Positions 14,459-28,752 of a stretch of 64,000 nucleotides of DNA are shown here, one piece after another; the stretch's first letter is position 1, and every line of letters begins with the position of its first letter. The notes under the pieces were generated by a model. The model was not told where the DNA came from. It was given only the letters and a program-made list of their open reading frames with translations, and did no database searches. The stretch spans positions 7,626,001-7,690,000 of the forward strand of contig OZ024755.1 of the NCBI GenBank assembly GCA_964016885.1, in the 5' to 3' direction. Source of the DNA: Eledone cirrhosa (taxonomy: Eukaryota). The translations under genes were made by a program, and so were the position numbers.

Positions 14459-15289
14459 AATTTATTTATAATATATATACTCAAATACACACATGCAGGC
14501 AAACCGAAACTCTTGCATTAATAGAATCAACTTTATTAAATGTTCTGGACCTATGTGAAGTAAAGATTCTTACGCAAAGTAACATACGCCGCTGAGAATA
14601 GACATCACCATTTTACGTTCCTGAGCCGAACACCCTAACCGCTAAAGCCACACGCCTTCCTTTTTAAGCATATAAATATGTCTTAAATATTATATATATT
14701 TCTACATATTGGCCTAATTGTTTATCAATTTGTATGGGGGAGTTCAACAAATGTTTATAATGAAGATTCACACAGGATGATACAAGATAACTCTGCCTCT
14801 GATGAGATGAACATTCTCTAAGTAACATTTAATTAGCAGAGCAATATTTCAAGACGACAGCTTTTCAATAATGCTATTTTTATAGTAATTATTTCACTAT
14901 TATTTATTATGAAGCTATTGAATATTATTTTAGTCTATTTGTTAGTAACAATGTTACTGTAAAGTAGCATGTCGATCTGTTTAACGCTTTCTGGCAGGTC
15001 TTACAAATTAATTTAAACAAAGCAAATATGCTGATTGTAAAATGAAGCCAAATGACGAATCATCTCGTTTACCTCGTGCTAATATAACACATCGTTTTCT
15101 TAAAACGTTGTCAACCAGTTTCTTCGTTTCAATTTTCAGTTTGATTTTCTCTACCACTTTTTAATTCAAACTAAAAGGGTGACATTTTTTACAAGATTTT
15201 TATTTCCCTTTACTATACGTCTGTACTTCTTTCGATCAGGGCTGAACTGGAGCTAAACAACGAATAGCAATGGTATTACCAACTAACTA

Positions 15290-15530
15290 TTGATTCCAGG
15301 GTGGGGCGGCAGGTTGTGTCCTTGAGCAAAGCATATTATTTCACTTTGTTCCAGTTCACTCTGTACCTGTAATTCAATGGACCATCCTTGCCACACACTG
15401 TTGCACCGAATCTTCCTGAGAAAGACATATGCCTATGGAATGCTCAGTCACATGTATGTTAATTTCACAAGCCGTCTGTTTAGTTGTTCTAACAACAGGA
15501 ATACATGTCGTCGCTAACGACGGAGGTCCT
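15290..15530 (+). mobile_element. CORE-type SINE family B
   Basis: CORE-like tgtgtccttgagcaaagc...atttcac..ccagttcactc segment plus the family B 3' tail. Confidence 0.7.
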
Positions 15531-15945
15531 ACAACATTTTTAGCAATACGATAATCAGTCATCGATAAAATAATTGCAATGTATTCTATACTAAAGTGTG
15601 ATTGGATGTTTGAATGAAGAGATCCGAGGCATTGATAGAAACCTCGAACAATATTGATTTTATTGATCAATTCCGTCTAGACAGAAAACTAACAGCCACT
15701 AAAAACTCCCAGGAAATAAAATATATATACTATTACCTCAGTTTCAAATGATAACAGGAATATGTAAAATATCAGCCCCGTTGATTGCATTGTGTTATAT
15801 TGTGACCCCGGTGAAATTATTTAAACCCTTTTAAAACCAAACCACCTGACACAGCCCTTGATTTTTTCAAAATGTGTTTATAATTATCTAAAAATATTCC
15901 TCCATAAATTCTTTTTTTAAGAGATGCTCTAAACACTAACTTAAT

Positions 15946-16150
15946 AATTGATTCTAGTATAGGCACAAGGCCAGTAATTCGGGGAAGAGGAATGTCGATT
16001 ACATTCACCCCAGTATTTAACTGGTACTTTATTTTTATCAGACCCAGAAGGATGAAAGGTAAAATTCAGCTCGGCGGGATTTGAACTCAGGATGTAAAGG
16101 ACCGTAATTATATATCGCAAAGCATGTTGTCCGATGCTCTACCGATGCTC
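15946..16150 (-). mobile_element. SINE family A (long variant)
   Basis: Family A body including the extra ggggaagagg...gtcgattaca segment. Confidence 0.85.
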
Positions 16151-17154
16151 ATAATGAACCACCCATTTCATCTGAAAAGTGAAAGTCAGTTATATTGCTA
16201 CGTCCTCCTAAAACACACCGATGTATGTATGTATGTATCTATGTATGTATGTATGTATGCATATATGTTTACTTCTCTGTGTGTTTGTATATGTATCCAT
16301 ACGAGCACGTTTCTATATTTATTAGTATGTATGTTTTGTTTTCATCAAAATATCCCGATATTGATAAACAAATACACACACATATTCACAAATGTAGATA
16401 ATATATACCAAATCACAAGACCACTCCTATACATCCATTGCAGTGAATGTGTTATCAACATTAAGTGTAGATTTTGAACAGCAATGTCCATGTTTCATTA
16501 ATTTATACAAGTGTCAAACAAGTTTCATGTTTTCCTCTATCTAGTCTCTCGGTGACTTTGTTGCTTTGCACAAGGAATTTGAAATGAATGTCGACATTAC
16601 TGGCTGTTTTTATCATTTTTCTCTATCTTTTCCAAATATTTTCAGTGACTAAAACCCTGAGGTTATATCTCTAATCTGCTAGCAAACTAAAATCATCTTT
16701 CCAATTATAAAGAACGCCATTTTAGATCATTTAATAGCCAAGAATTTCATATTTATTTCACATTACTTTGATCCCTATAATTATATTTTCAAGTGTAACT
16801 CATATTTCAGAGCAGATATCTATTTCTTCTCAGTCCGCCGACACTGCTTATATTCCACACAATTATTACTAAGTTATAGCTACTTAAGGCAATATTTTCC
16901 GACCAACGAACCGTTTAACAAAATTACTTATAAAAGTAGCAACTTAATTGCAAGACTTCTACAAATGGATAATCTAAAGAATTCAGTGTATTTTCTTAGA
17001 ATTCTTTATATCAAATAGTCTTTGTAAAATTTAGAGTGTGTTGTGGTATGAATCATATCTAGCGTGTTGTCTATGTTTTCTACCCACAAGCACTAACAGA
17101 AAAACATCATAACATTGGTTCATTCTACTTGTTAATAGAGATATCTAATATGTC

Positions 17155-17310
17155 TATGGTGGTGAATTGGGAGTGTAGTTAGAGCATCGGACTAAATGTC
17201 TCCCTATCTGCTCCGACTCACTGTAATATGAGTTCAAATGCCAACAAGCTCAACTTTACATTTTATTCTTTCGAAGCCTATAAATAAAATATCAGTCTAC
17301 TACTGGAGCT
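17155..17310 (+). mobile_element. Old family A-like SINE
   Basis: ggtggtgaattgg...gttagagcatcgg...gagttcaaatgcc...ctttacattttattctttcg. Confidence 0.55.
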
Positions 17311-17639
17311 TGTCCTTCCTGTAAATCTCTCTGTCTTATTCCTCCTCTATGGCTGTATGCAGATCTAGAAATTGATGAGCCCCAGCAGGTTTAAAATGCC
17401 CAAGACTGGCTATTTGTCAGTATGGCAACTCTCATGAGTTAAGGGTCGCTAGCTTAATTTAAGTTGCGTATAGTCTTAACAAATATAATGCATTGTTTAT
17501 ATCAGACGAATAATATACTTTCTGGTAAAAATGTTAGGTTAATCGTCATGATGCGTCGATAGATCAGGGTTAGTTTTTGTCGTTAAATCACACCATAATG
17601 TCAGGGTGTTGTGTCATTACAGTAATATGGTTTGCAATT

Positions 17640-17827
17640 AATTGTTTCTACTTTGGCACAAGGCCGGCAATTATCCCAGTGCATTACTGGTACTTTATTT
17701 TATCGACCCCGTAAGGATGAAAGGCAAAGTTGACCTCGGCGGTATTTGAACTCTGAGAGCAGAGAGCTGGAACGAATACCAAAAAGCATTCTATCCGACG
17801 TTCTAACGACTCTGCCAATTCACCGCC
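17640..17827 (-). mobile_element. SINE family A (short variant)
   Basis: Near-identical body to the 11100 and 61768 copies. Confidence 0.9.
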
Positions 17828-18949
17828 TTGCCAATTCGCCGTTTACAAATAATAACATTTTCTCTGGGTTGGACTGTACTGTCCTATCATTGGTACCTTG
17901 CACATACCTGGGTGACAGATCATTTTCTCCATTCTTATGATTTGACCTTTCTCCATCCTACTTGTAGAAGACAAAAGGGTTCAGCATTGGACTATTTTTT
18001 CTTGCATTAACACTCGACAAAATTTCATTCAGAAATATTTGGTCGACGTGAGTCTGTGGTTCAAGAGACTGGTCTCAATATTTCAGGCAGTGAGATCGGT
18101 CCAAAACCTTGCGACTCCCAAGGGTTTTTTTTAACACCACAAACATCCATGCGCCATTAAGTCTGGTATTATAACAACGATTTCAAAAGATATTCTAGGA
18201 AAATAAACATCATTATGTTATTTTAAATTTTAAATTACAAATCATCATTGGAGCATGTCAAAATTTAAATAATTAAATTTAGAAAGTTAAAATATTGTGG
18301 AAATAAAATAAGTGCAGATATAGGCTGCTTGTTTGGCCTACAATTTAAAATAAATGAACTGACATCGTAATGGTGAGAGAATATAAGTGATAATGGAAAC
18401 TCTAAAAGATTCGAAGCATAAATATAAATAATATCAACCCTGTTTATGTGTTATAAATTTGGAGGGGGATTTCTATCATTAACAAGTATTTTATTAGGGT
18501 AAAACATTTCGTCATCTACACATCTAGCACGTTTGCTTCCCTTTTTACCATTTTTATATGCTTGTTTATTGTGGGGAAATCTGGAAATTTGGAAGGCGAA
18601 AGATCATAAAAGTATGCAACAGAGATTAACGTAGAAATGTCTATAAATCGGTCTTTATTAGAAGAAATAATTTTAAATTATCACTTGATTATCATAGTTT
18701 TTAGAGTATTTCAGACGATGAATTAATGTTGCTGTTGTTGTTGATGTTATTATTGTTGTTGTTGCTGTTGTTGTTGTGTTAATATGCTGCTGGGTTCGAT
18801 AAATGTAGGAGGGTGATGGTGTGTCATCTGGCAGGCAAACATTTCAATCAGTTCTGTCATTTGAAATAAAATATTGTCCCAAACTTTAACATCCATAAAT
18901 TCAAATAAATGTCTAAATAAAAGCAGTCGATTTAAACATTCATGGCTGA

Positions 18950-19430
18950 CAGCACCAGCACCAGCAGCATCATCATACCGCCATCACCAGCACCACCACT
19001 ATCAATACTACCAACACCATCACTACCATCAGCACCACCACCATTACCACCATCACTACCACCACTATCAATACCACCAGCAGCACCACCAATACCACCA
19101 CCACCACTACCCCCACCATCATCAGCACCACTACCAATACCACCAGCACCAGCACCATACCACCACCCTCACCACCACCAGCACCATCACCCTCACCACC
19201 ATAACAACAAACAACAAAACAACAGAAAACAAACAAAAACAGTTTTTTAAAAGTGAAAACAACAAATAAAACAACAATAATTGTTTACTCATGACTATTA
19301 TTATTGTTTTTATTGTTATGATCCTGATGATGATGACGATGATAACGGTGATACTGATGATGATGATAATGATAATGATAATGATGATAACGATGACGAT
19401 GATGATGATGATGACGATGATTATGATTGA
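18950..19430. repeat. (CAC/CAT/CAG)n followed by (GAT)n trinucleotide low-complexity tract
   Basis: Direct reading. Confidence 0.9.
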
Positions 19431-19893
19431 TGTTATTCTTTAGTTTATTGTTTATTGTACTAATCTTTACTTTTTTATTGGCCCTTTCTGAATTTGATTA
19501 AAAATACATTTTTTGCAGTTTAAACAATTTTTAATTTTATTACCAAAATCCTTAATTGTATTTTTAATTAGCATCACAAAGACAAAACCTAAACAAAATG
19601 AAACAAAAGCCAATATTTTAGTAATTCTGTTGTTATTGAAGCAAAGGAAGGTACCATTCTATGTTGTTGTGTATTTCGCTTCAATACCACAGTTGATATC
19701 ACACTAATATTGGAAAACATATTTAATTATGTGTTGGTCTTCCGTCCGTTTCGACGAGGAGGACGAGGAGTTTTCTAGTTGTTCGAGAAACGAGTGTGAC
19801 TGTTCGTGAAATTATAAATTAAATGTTATAATTGTTATCATTACTATACCACATAGCTACATCACGAATATTTTCTACAACAATGAAGCTAAT

Positions 19894-19927
<34 letters not shown>

Positions 19928-20026
19928 GCTGCTGCTGCTACTACTACTACTCCTAATGCTGCTTCTGATGTTGCTGCTACTACTACTACTACTACTAGAG
20001 ATGTTACAGCAAAAAAAGTTAATAAT

Positions 20027-20199
20027 AATTGTATCTACTTTTGACACAAGGCCAGCAATTATCCCAGTGTATTACTGGTACTTTATTTTATCGACCCCGT
20101 AAAGGCAAAGCTAACCTCGGTGGTATTTCAACTCAGAACGTAAATCTATGCCCGGAAACAGCGTGTCCGACGCTCTACTGATACCGCCAATCCCCACCC
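20027..20199 (-). mobile_element. SINE family A (short variant, small deletion)
   Basis: Family A body. Confidence 0.85.
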
Positions 20200-20269
20200 T
20201 TGAAAATACATAAAATAATACAATGGTACATACCAAAATAACTGAAATCTTCCCCAAATTAGATACACT

Positions 20270-20680
20270 GTGTCATTTATAGGTTTGGAAATAGTCAACA
20301 TATATCTACCCTGCTCTGGCAATGTAGAAATAACCACAATATTCCAGAGTGATACAGTCAACTTACCATATAGATTTAATCAGAAAGTGTTGTACATAAA
20401 CAGACAAACAGACCAACTATATTATCTTAGAATACATTTAAAAAAAAAGAACATTAGATTGGAAGTAAAATAGAAGATCGTAGCAGATTTTATCGCGAAA
20501 AAAATATAAGATATTACCATCCATGTCTGACCCTATATTATCACAGTGAGAACTTTCGAATACAAGTTTGATTCGTATATTTAATTGACTAATAAGATTC
20601 ATTAAAAAAAATCAAGATTAACATGCTTCATCAAAGCTATAAGTTCAGTAATTACAACATAACGAACATTTGGGTTAGAA
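20270..20680 (+). mobile_element. Possible highly decayed LINE AP-endonuclease fragment
   Basis: Ordered weak motifs across frames: IVNIYLP, IVADFIAK (cf. GDFNAK), DSYILI (cf. IDYIL), SNYN (cf. SDH). Confidence 0.3.
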
Positions 20681-21057
20681 TCCAGTTAATTATCAGAAGA
20701 GAAAGATTTAATGAAGAGATAAGGAAGATAAATACTAAATATAGTGTTTAGAAATGAGATAAAAATAAAAATGCAAAGCAATATTAGTAGTGAAAATAAT
20801 AAAGAAAAAGTCAACAATCTTGAAAAACAATATATAACTTTATCTATCTATCTATCACTATATCTATCTATCTATCAATCTAGCTAGCTAGCTATCTAAT
20901 TATCTATATACCTATCTATCTATCTCTTTCTCACCCTCTTCACCCATCTCTCTCTCTATGTATATATATATATATATATATATATACGCACAGATCTATC
21001 TACCCATCTTAATATCTATCTATTTATCCCTCGCTCTTTCTTTCTCGATTTCTCTCC

Positions 21058-21125
<68 letters not shown>

Positions 21126-21129
21126 TACA

Positions 21130-21168
<39 letters not shown>

Positions 21169-21745
21169 TAGTGTATTAACATTGTTTTGTGTGACTTTAG
21201 TTTTCCATATGACCTTTTAGTTAGAACCAAAATGTTCATTATGCTGTTTTGTGTTTATGTTCGTAAAAGTTATAAACGTGTAACCATTGCATGCGAGTAA
21301 TTATGAATACAATTGCAATGAGTGCCAATATAATAGACACATAGAAACACATTTATATTGATGTAATCACACATAAAACTCTTATCTACGGTTCGACTTT
21401 TTATAATAACAGCAGGCTTCTGGCTCGGTCTAAAAGAAAGAAAGAGAAAAAGAAAGAAACATCTTTTTGCCCTTCATTCAATATGATGAGATCGTTGAAA
21501 AAGATTAAATTTGCCCATTAAATGAAAAGTTCTTAGACTGCTTTCTGCACCAAACACACATATATAAACACATATATAAACACACACATAAATAAACACA
21601 CATATTCACACTCACATATGCACATATAAATACATACAAAAACTCACGCACATATATACACACGTACACAGGGGCGTGCATACACCCATGAACATATATA
21701 GGCAGATAGTCAGATGCAGATCCACACAAACACATTCACAAAACC

Positions 21746-21776
<31 letters not shown>

Positions 21777-21907
21777 GATAAATCTACCAAGAGTTTACGG
21801 TAGTGTCCAATCCGTATGAAGAACTCAATGTATTCCGGATATCATGGAAAGAAGAGATGTAATGAAAATCCAATTTCGGTGAAAGATAAACGGTATACAG
21901 AGTCAAG

Positions 21908-22165
21908 ATAAAATATTAAACAAATAATGAACAAACAATTCCTTATATTAAACAAAAAAAGTTCACTATTTATTTCTGAAGACGGCGTATATATGAGTTA
22001 GGTATGTATATTTAATCTTGATAATTTGTATAATTTTGTATAATTTTGTACATAGATCTGTTAAATATGCATACCAATTATAACACATATGTACCCTAGA
22101 AACGATCGTTAAATAGTGAACTTTTTTTGTTTAATATAAGGAATTGTTTGTTCATTATTTGTTTA

Positions 22166-22174
<9 letters not shown>
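21908..22174. mobile_element. Fold-back element: 65-bp inverted repeats enclosing an HHR
   Basis: 21908-21972 is the reverse complement of 22110-22174; lies between (TA)n tracts. Confidence 0.8.
21971..22116 (+). ncRNA. Hammerhead ribozyme with very long stem II
   Basis: tattt-CTGAAGA-[ggtatgtatatttaa/ttaaatatgcatacc within an extended stem II]-GAAA-cgatcg-TT-aaata. Confidence 0.65.
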
Positions 22175-22218
<44 letters not shown>

Positions 22219-22223
<5 letters not shown>

Positions 22224-22270
22224 TAACGGATTAAAGTTTAAGCAAAGAATCGCTGCTTTCACCCTTAACG
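22219..22270 (-). mobile_element. Truncated copy of the 7281 HHR-like repeat
   Basis: Reverse complement is cgttaagggtgaaagcagcgattctttgcttaaactttaatccgttatttta, flanked by (TA)n. Confidence 0.75.
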
Positions 22271-22371
22271 ATATATATATATATGAGCTTAACCTTATTA
22301 GTCAAGTATATATAATTATAGTGAATTCCTATGCTTGTAGTATATAGGCATCTTTAGTTTGTATAGACACG

Positions 22372-22466
22372 ACTTCTACCGGACCAGAACTGTTTGATGG
22401 GGAATAAATCATCGGGGAATCAGGAATGATTTTATACGAATGAAACAGGTTTTGTCTTGTAGAAGT
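22372..22466. repeat. Diverged inverted pair of HHR-like motifs
   Basis: acttctac..gaactgttt..aaatcat / atgattt..gaatgaaacag..gtc..gtagaagt; related copy at 47569-47612 (-). Confidence 0.5.
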
Positions 22467-23216
22467 AATTTCTATATAAAGGCTTTACGAGTTGTACCGT
22501 CCTATATTCTATTAGTAGGAGTATATCCTTGGCATAGAAAAGGGAGTAAAAATAGTCTACACTCGGAGATAGAATACAGAGTTTCTAATTTTAGAGTACA
22601 TTGTTAACCATGAACGACATTTAAATAACACTAGTATGAATAAATCTCTTTATAATAACGATAATCCTACACTTCAGATGTACGGATAAAACATGATGTT
22701 AAAATAGGTTTAAATGTTTGTGTGAAAGCGAAGTTTAAAACTAGTTTCGAAACTGGGATTTCGTTTACAGAGGTAATACTTACAAAGCTGCTTAGATGCA
22801 GCAACAATTGGAGAGAAGGAGCTTTTAAGAAAAACCTTAGTTTATTAATGTAAATAATATGAGATTTTCTTACTCAATTTTCCATAGCGTTTGTTGGAAA
22901 GATAACATTAGTGATTTGATTGATAAATATTCAAGTGGATACTGGAATTAAACTCTTCGATGCGAATACATCATTATTTTCACAGTCATGAGATTTTAAA
23001 CAAAGATACTTATTCGTGTAAATATTGAAACTCTTGATAAAGTTTCCTTGTTTTGCTATTTTATTTCGTTAAAATTGCTCTAAATAAGGGCTGTATATAC
23101 AAACGCAAACACACAGACAAAACACGCACACGCACACACGCATACACACAAACACACACATATATATATATACGTATGTATATGTATATATATATTTATA
23201 TATATATATATACGTA

Positions 23217-23261
<45 letters not shown>

Positions 23262-23362
23262 GTATGTAATTGTATATGTATATATATATATTTATATATA
23301 TAACAAAGGAATTGTGGTAAGGAAACAAATGGACCATAACGCACCAGAGTAAGTAGAGTGGG

Positions 23363-23498
23363 AAATAGGAAAAAGTATGACCCCGACGGCAGAGCTCAAG
23401 CCGTTTCGACAGCTATTTCTGGACTCGGGTATTTCAGTCCAGAAATAGCCGTCGAAACAGCTTGAGCTCTGCCGTCGGGGTCATACTTTTTCCTATTT
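23363..23498. repeat. 136-bp near-perfect palindrome made of two HHR 3' halves
   Basis: 63-bp arms, 2 mismatches, 10-nt loop; each arm reads GAAA-c(g/a)gc..gccg-TC-gggg. Confidence 0.9.
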
Positions 23499-23499
23499 A

Positions 23500-23515
23500 T
23501 ATATATATACGTATG

Positions 23516-23552
<37 letters not shown>

Positions 23553-23589
23553 GTATGTATATGTATATATATATATATATATACGTATG

Positions 23590-23630
<41 letters not shown>

Positions 23631-23819
23631 GTATGTATATGTATATATATATATATATATATACGTATGTATATGTATATATATATATATATACGTATGT
23701 ATATATATATATATATATATACGTATTTATATGTATATATATATTTATATATATATACGTATGTATATGTATATATATATATTTATATATATATATACGT
23801 ATGTATATGTATATATATA

Positions 23820-23851
<32 letters not shown>

Positions 23852-24175
23852 CGTATGTATATGTATATATATATATATTTATACATATATATACGTATGT
23901 ATATGTATATATATATATTTATATATATATAAATACGTATGTATATGTATATATATATATAAATTTATATATATATATACGTATGTATATGTATATATAT
24001 ATATTTATATATATATAAATACGTATGTATATGTATATATATATATTTATATATATATACGTATGTATATATATATATTTATATATATATATACGTATGT
24101 ATATGTATATACATATTTATATACGTATGTATATGTATATATATATATATACGTATGTATATATATATATATACG

Positions 24176-24232
<57 letters not shown>

Positions 24233-24407
24233 ATGTATATATATATATACGTAGGTATATATATATATATATATACGTATGTATATATGTATATATATAT
24301 ACGTATGTATATGTATATATATATATATATACGTATGTATATATATATATATATACGTATGTATATGTATATATATACGTATGTATATATATATGTATAT
24401 ATATACG

Positions 24408-24442
<35 letters not shown>

Positions 24443-24533
24443 GTATGTATATATATATATATATATACGTATGTATATATATATATATATATATATACGT
24501 ATGTATATATATATATGTATATATATATATATG

Positions 24534-24587
<54 letters not shown>

Positions 24588-24693
24588 CGTATGTATATAT
24601 ATATATGTATATATATATGTATATATATATATGTATATATATATGTATATATATATATGTATATATATATGTATATATATATATATGTATATA

Positions 24694-24725
<32 letters not shown>

Positions 24726-24765
24726 CTTATATATATGTATATATATATATATATTTATATATATG

Positions 24766-24798
<33 letters not shown>

Positions 24799-24913
24799 GT
24801 ATATATATATATATATGTATATATATGTATATATACATATGTATATATATACATATATGTGTGTGTATATATATATATATGTGTATATGTATATATATAG
24901 ATATATGTATATG

Positions 24914-24946
<33 letters not shown>

Positions 24947-25020
24947 GTGTATAAATATATATATGTATATATATATGTATATATATATATAGATAGATAG
25001 ATAGATAGATATATACATAA

Positions 25021-25062
<42 letters not shown>
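23500..25062. repeat. (TA)n array with ACGTATG interruptions
   Basis: Direct reading. Confidence 0.95.
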
Positions 25063-25064
<2 letters not shown>

Positions 25065-25568
25065 TTCTTATTTAGAGCAAATTAGGTGAAATAAAACTAC
25101 AACGATATAATATAGGGTATGTATATGTGTATGAGTGTATCAATGAATACAAATATATATATATGTGTGAGTGCCTGTGTATGTGTGTGTGTGCATGAAC
25201 ATGTGATTGTATATGTATATATGTATTATAGGATATTGTAGATAATTCTCAAATATTAGAGCGCTCGTAAATCGGTGATGGAATTACTTAGGATATGCAA
25301 ATGTGTATACTTCGTGAAAGATAAATCAATTAAATTGCGCCCTCTTGTGGCAGGAGTGTTAACTCTTAGTAAGATAACGTAGAATAACATGTTACTCGGT
25401 TGTGAGAGAGTTGAAAATGTTTTGTTGTTCCACGAAATTCATAATTAAAGTAAATTTAGAACCACTTTAAACTGTTGTAATTGAATCAATGAGCTGAATG
25501 TTTCTTTACGATACGAGCTCTATGTTAAGTTTTTCAACATATATATTAGATAGATATATGTATGTAAG

Positions 25569-25611
<43 letters not shown>

Positions 25612-25939
25612 TATATATAATATATATATGTCTGTGTGTGTGTATGTGTATGTATATATCTGTACGTACATGCACCCATACATATATGTATACATATATA
25701 TATATACACACACATATATATATATATATATATACATACACATGTGTGTGTGTGTTAGAGTGTGTATATATACATACGTATACATACATATCGTATGTAT
25801 TGACAGAAGAAAATTTAAGTAATGTCCTTCTAGTAATTGGTGAAGCAACAATAATATAATTAAATTACAGATAACATTTCAAGAAAATATTCTTTCATGA
25901 TAACTTATGTATATATGTGTTAACACGTATACATATCTG

Positions 25940-26980
25940 TGTTTGTGTATATATATATATGTATATATATATATATACGTATGTGCATATGTATATATAT
26001 ATATATATATATGTATTTATATATGCTCATATACATATATATAAGAGTGTATGTCTGTATACCTACGTGTGTCTCTCTGTACGCAAGTACGTATATATGT
26101 ACGTGTGCATGTACACACATATATATATATATGTGTATGTATATATATATGTAATATATATATATATATATATATGTATGTATATATATGTAATATATAT
26201 ATATATATATATGTATGTATATATTTGTAATATATATATATATATGTATATATTTGTAATATATATATATATATGTATGTATATGTAATATATATATATA
26301 TATATATATATGTAATATATGTAATATATATATATATAATATATGTAATATATATATATATATATATATGTAATATATATATATATATATATATATGTAA
26401 TATATGTAATATATATATATGTAATATATGTAATATATATATATATAATATATGTAATATATATATATATATATATATATGTAATATATATATATATATA
26501 TATATATGTAATATATATATATATATATATATAAATATATATATGTATGTAATATATATATATGTATGTATATATATGTAATATATATATATACATATAT
26601 ATATGTATATATATATGCAATATATATATACATATATATATGTATATATATATGTAATATATATATATACATATATATATATGTATATATATATGTAATA
26701 TATATATACATATATATATATGTATATATATATATGTAATATATATATATACATATATATATGTATATATATATGTAATATATATATATACATATATATA
26801 TGTATATATATATGTAATATATATATATACATATATATATGTATATATATATGTAATATATATATATACATATATATATGTATATATATATGTAATATAT
26901 ATATATACATATATATATGTATATATATATGTAATATATATATATACATATATATATGTATATATATATATATATATATG

Positions 26981-27036
<56 letters not shown>

Positions 27037-27047
27037 GTAATATATAA

Positions 27048-27081
<34 letters not shown>

Positions 27082-27110
27082 GTATATATATATGTAATAT
27101 ATATATATAA
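25940..27110. repeat. (TA)n array with GTAA interruptions, partly a ~30-bp minisatellite
   Basis: Direct reading. Confidence 0.95.
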
Positions 27111-27180
27111 AGAAAAAAAGATGAAATCGAAAATGCAACTGGAGTCTTATTTTTAAAAAAATATATATATTTATTTGGTT

Positions 27181-27218
27181 CCTTTACCGGTTTCGCAGTT
27201 CTTCTGCTTTTCAAAAGT
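27181..27218 (-). ncRNA. Degenerate minimal hammerhead ribozyme
   Basis: Reverse complement: actt-TTGAAAA-gcag aagaa ctgc-GAAA-ccgg-TA-aagg; perfect stem II, palindromic stem III, two core substitutions. Confidence 0.5.
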
Positions 27219-27253
27219 AGAGTTGAGATGGAGGGTCTGTGGTTTTTCTCACA

Positions 27254-27322
<69 letters not shown>

Positions 27323-28163
27323 AATACATATATAAATATATATATATATATATATTTTTTTTTAATATGAAAAGAAGGCCGGATTCTATTTATCTCTATA
27401 ATGTTTCGTAAAAAACACGAAACGTATCTCCCTCTCTCTCTATTTCCCTATCTACCCCTATCTCTTTAGCTACTCTACAGTAGGCTCGAAATTAGTATAT
27501 AATGACTACGACGTGTTTCCCAATATGATATCAACTGTATTTGAATATCCTAATGACTATGTAACTACATACACGCATAAGTTCATATTTCTATCTATAT
27601 CAGACGCTAACGGTGTATCTCATCGATTGAAAATATTTAAATTCAGGCGGGTTAGGGAGAGATTAATATATGATTACCAACACAAGCAAAGAAAATCGAT
27701 GTCTAATAACGTAATAATTAGACTCATTTAATCAATTCTTGCTTCTAGATCTTCTACCTCATCTCAGCCAATTAAAGGTAGCTTTAATATCTCCCCTGCG
27801 GACATTTATAATTAAAACATTTACTTCCTCTTACTCTTCTCTAACTATATCAGAATTTCCTAATTTATTTTTCATTTCGTTCGTTTTACGCCCGACCTAA
27901 TTCATCAACTGAGCGGTGATAAAATGGTTCACCGGAATCAATTCTCTCATCTCCCTCTTGACCACCTCTTCTTCTTCTTCTTCTTCTTCTTCTCTGAATC
28001 ATTCCCTCACCTCTCTATCTCACCTACAACCTTCTATCTTTCTGTTCTTCACCTCTCTTTCTTAAACACATCACTATTTCTCTTTCCAGCCTATCTCTTC
28101 TCAGTTTCAGTGATTCTGTCTATTCTTCACACCTCTATCTTATTCTCAGCTCATTATATTTCT

Positions 28164-28350
28164 GTTGGTGGATTGGCAGTATCGGCAGAACGCCAGACAC
28201 CATGCTTTGCAGCATTGAGTTATAACCCTTTACGTTCTGAGTTCAAATCCCGCCGAGGTTAACTTTGCCTTTCATCCTTACGGCGTCGATAAAATAAAGT
28301 ACCAGTAATGCACTGGAATAATTGCTGGCCTTGTGCCAAAAGTAGAATTA
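28164..28350 (+). mobile_element. SINE family A (short variant)
   Basis: A and B boxes; TSD attatatttct at 28153-28163 and 28351-28361. Confidence 0.9.
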
Positions 28351-28459
28351 ATTATATTTCTACCTTTCACTCACCTCTCTTTCTCACATACATTTACCTG
28401 TCTCCTTCTTTCACACATTCTACATTTCTCATTATTGCTGACTCTGTTTCTCCTCTTCG

Positions 28460-28504
<45 letters not shown>

Positions 28505-28705
28505 CATCTATCCGTCTGTATATATGTGCTGAAAACTCTAACAACTATCTATCTATATACCTAGTGGTAAGTCTGAAAGACTGTGGAGATCTAGGTTTGA
28601 AGTTCAATCTCGGTCTAACACTAACATTTTTAAAAAGAAAGTTATCTATCTATCTGTCTGTCTGTATGTATGTGCTGAAGACTCTAACATCTATCTATCT
28701 ATCTA

Positions 28706-28752
<47 letters not shown>

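Noticed and set aside
14795-14830. Isolated CTGATGA/CTGACGA motifs (also about 2725, 4487-, 53009, 57741, 61339-)
   Set aside because: No correctly placed GAAA, stem III or stem I; not counted as hammerheads
18874-19269. His/Gln-rich and Pro-rich ORFs
   Set aside because: Trinucleotide repeat open in multiple frames; no domain or splice support
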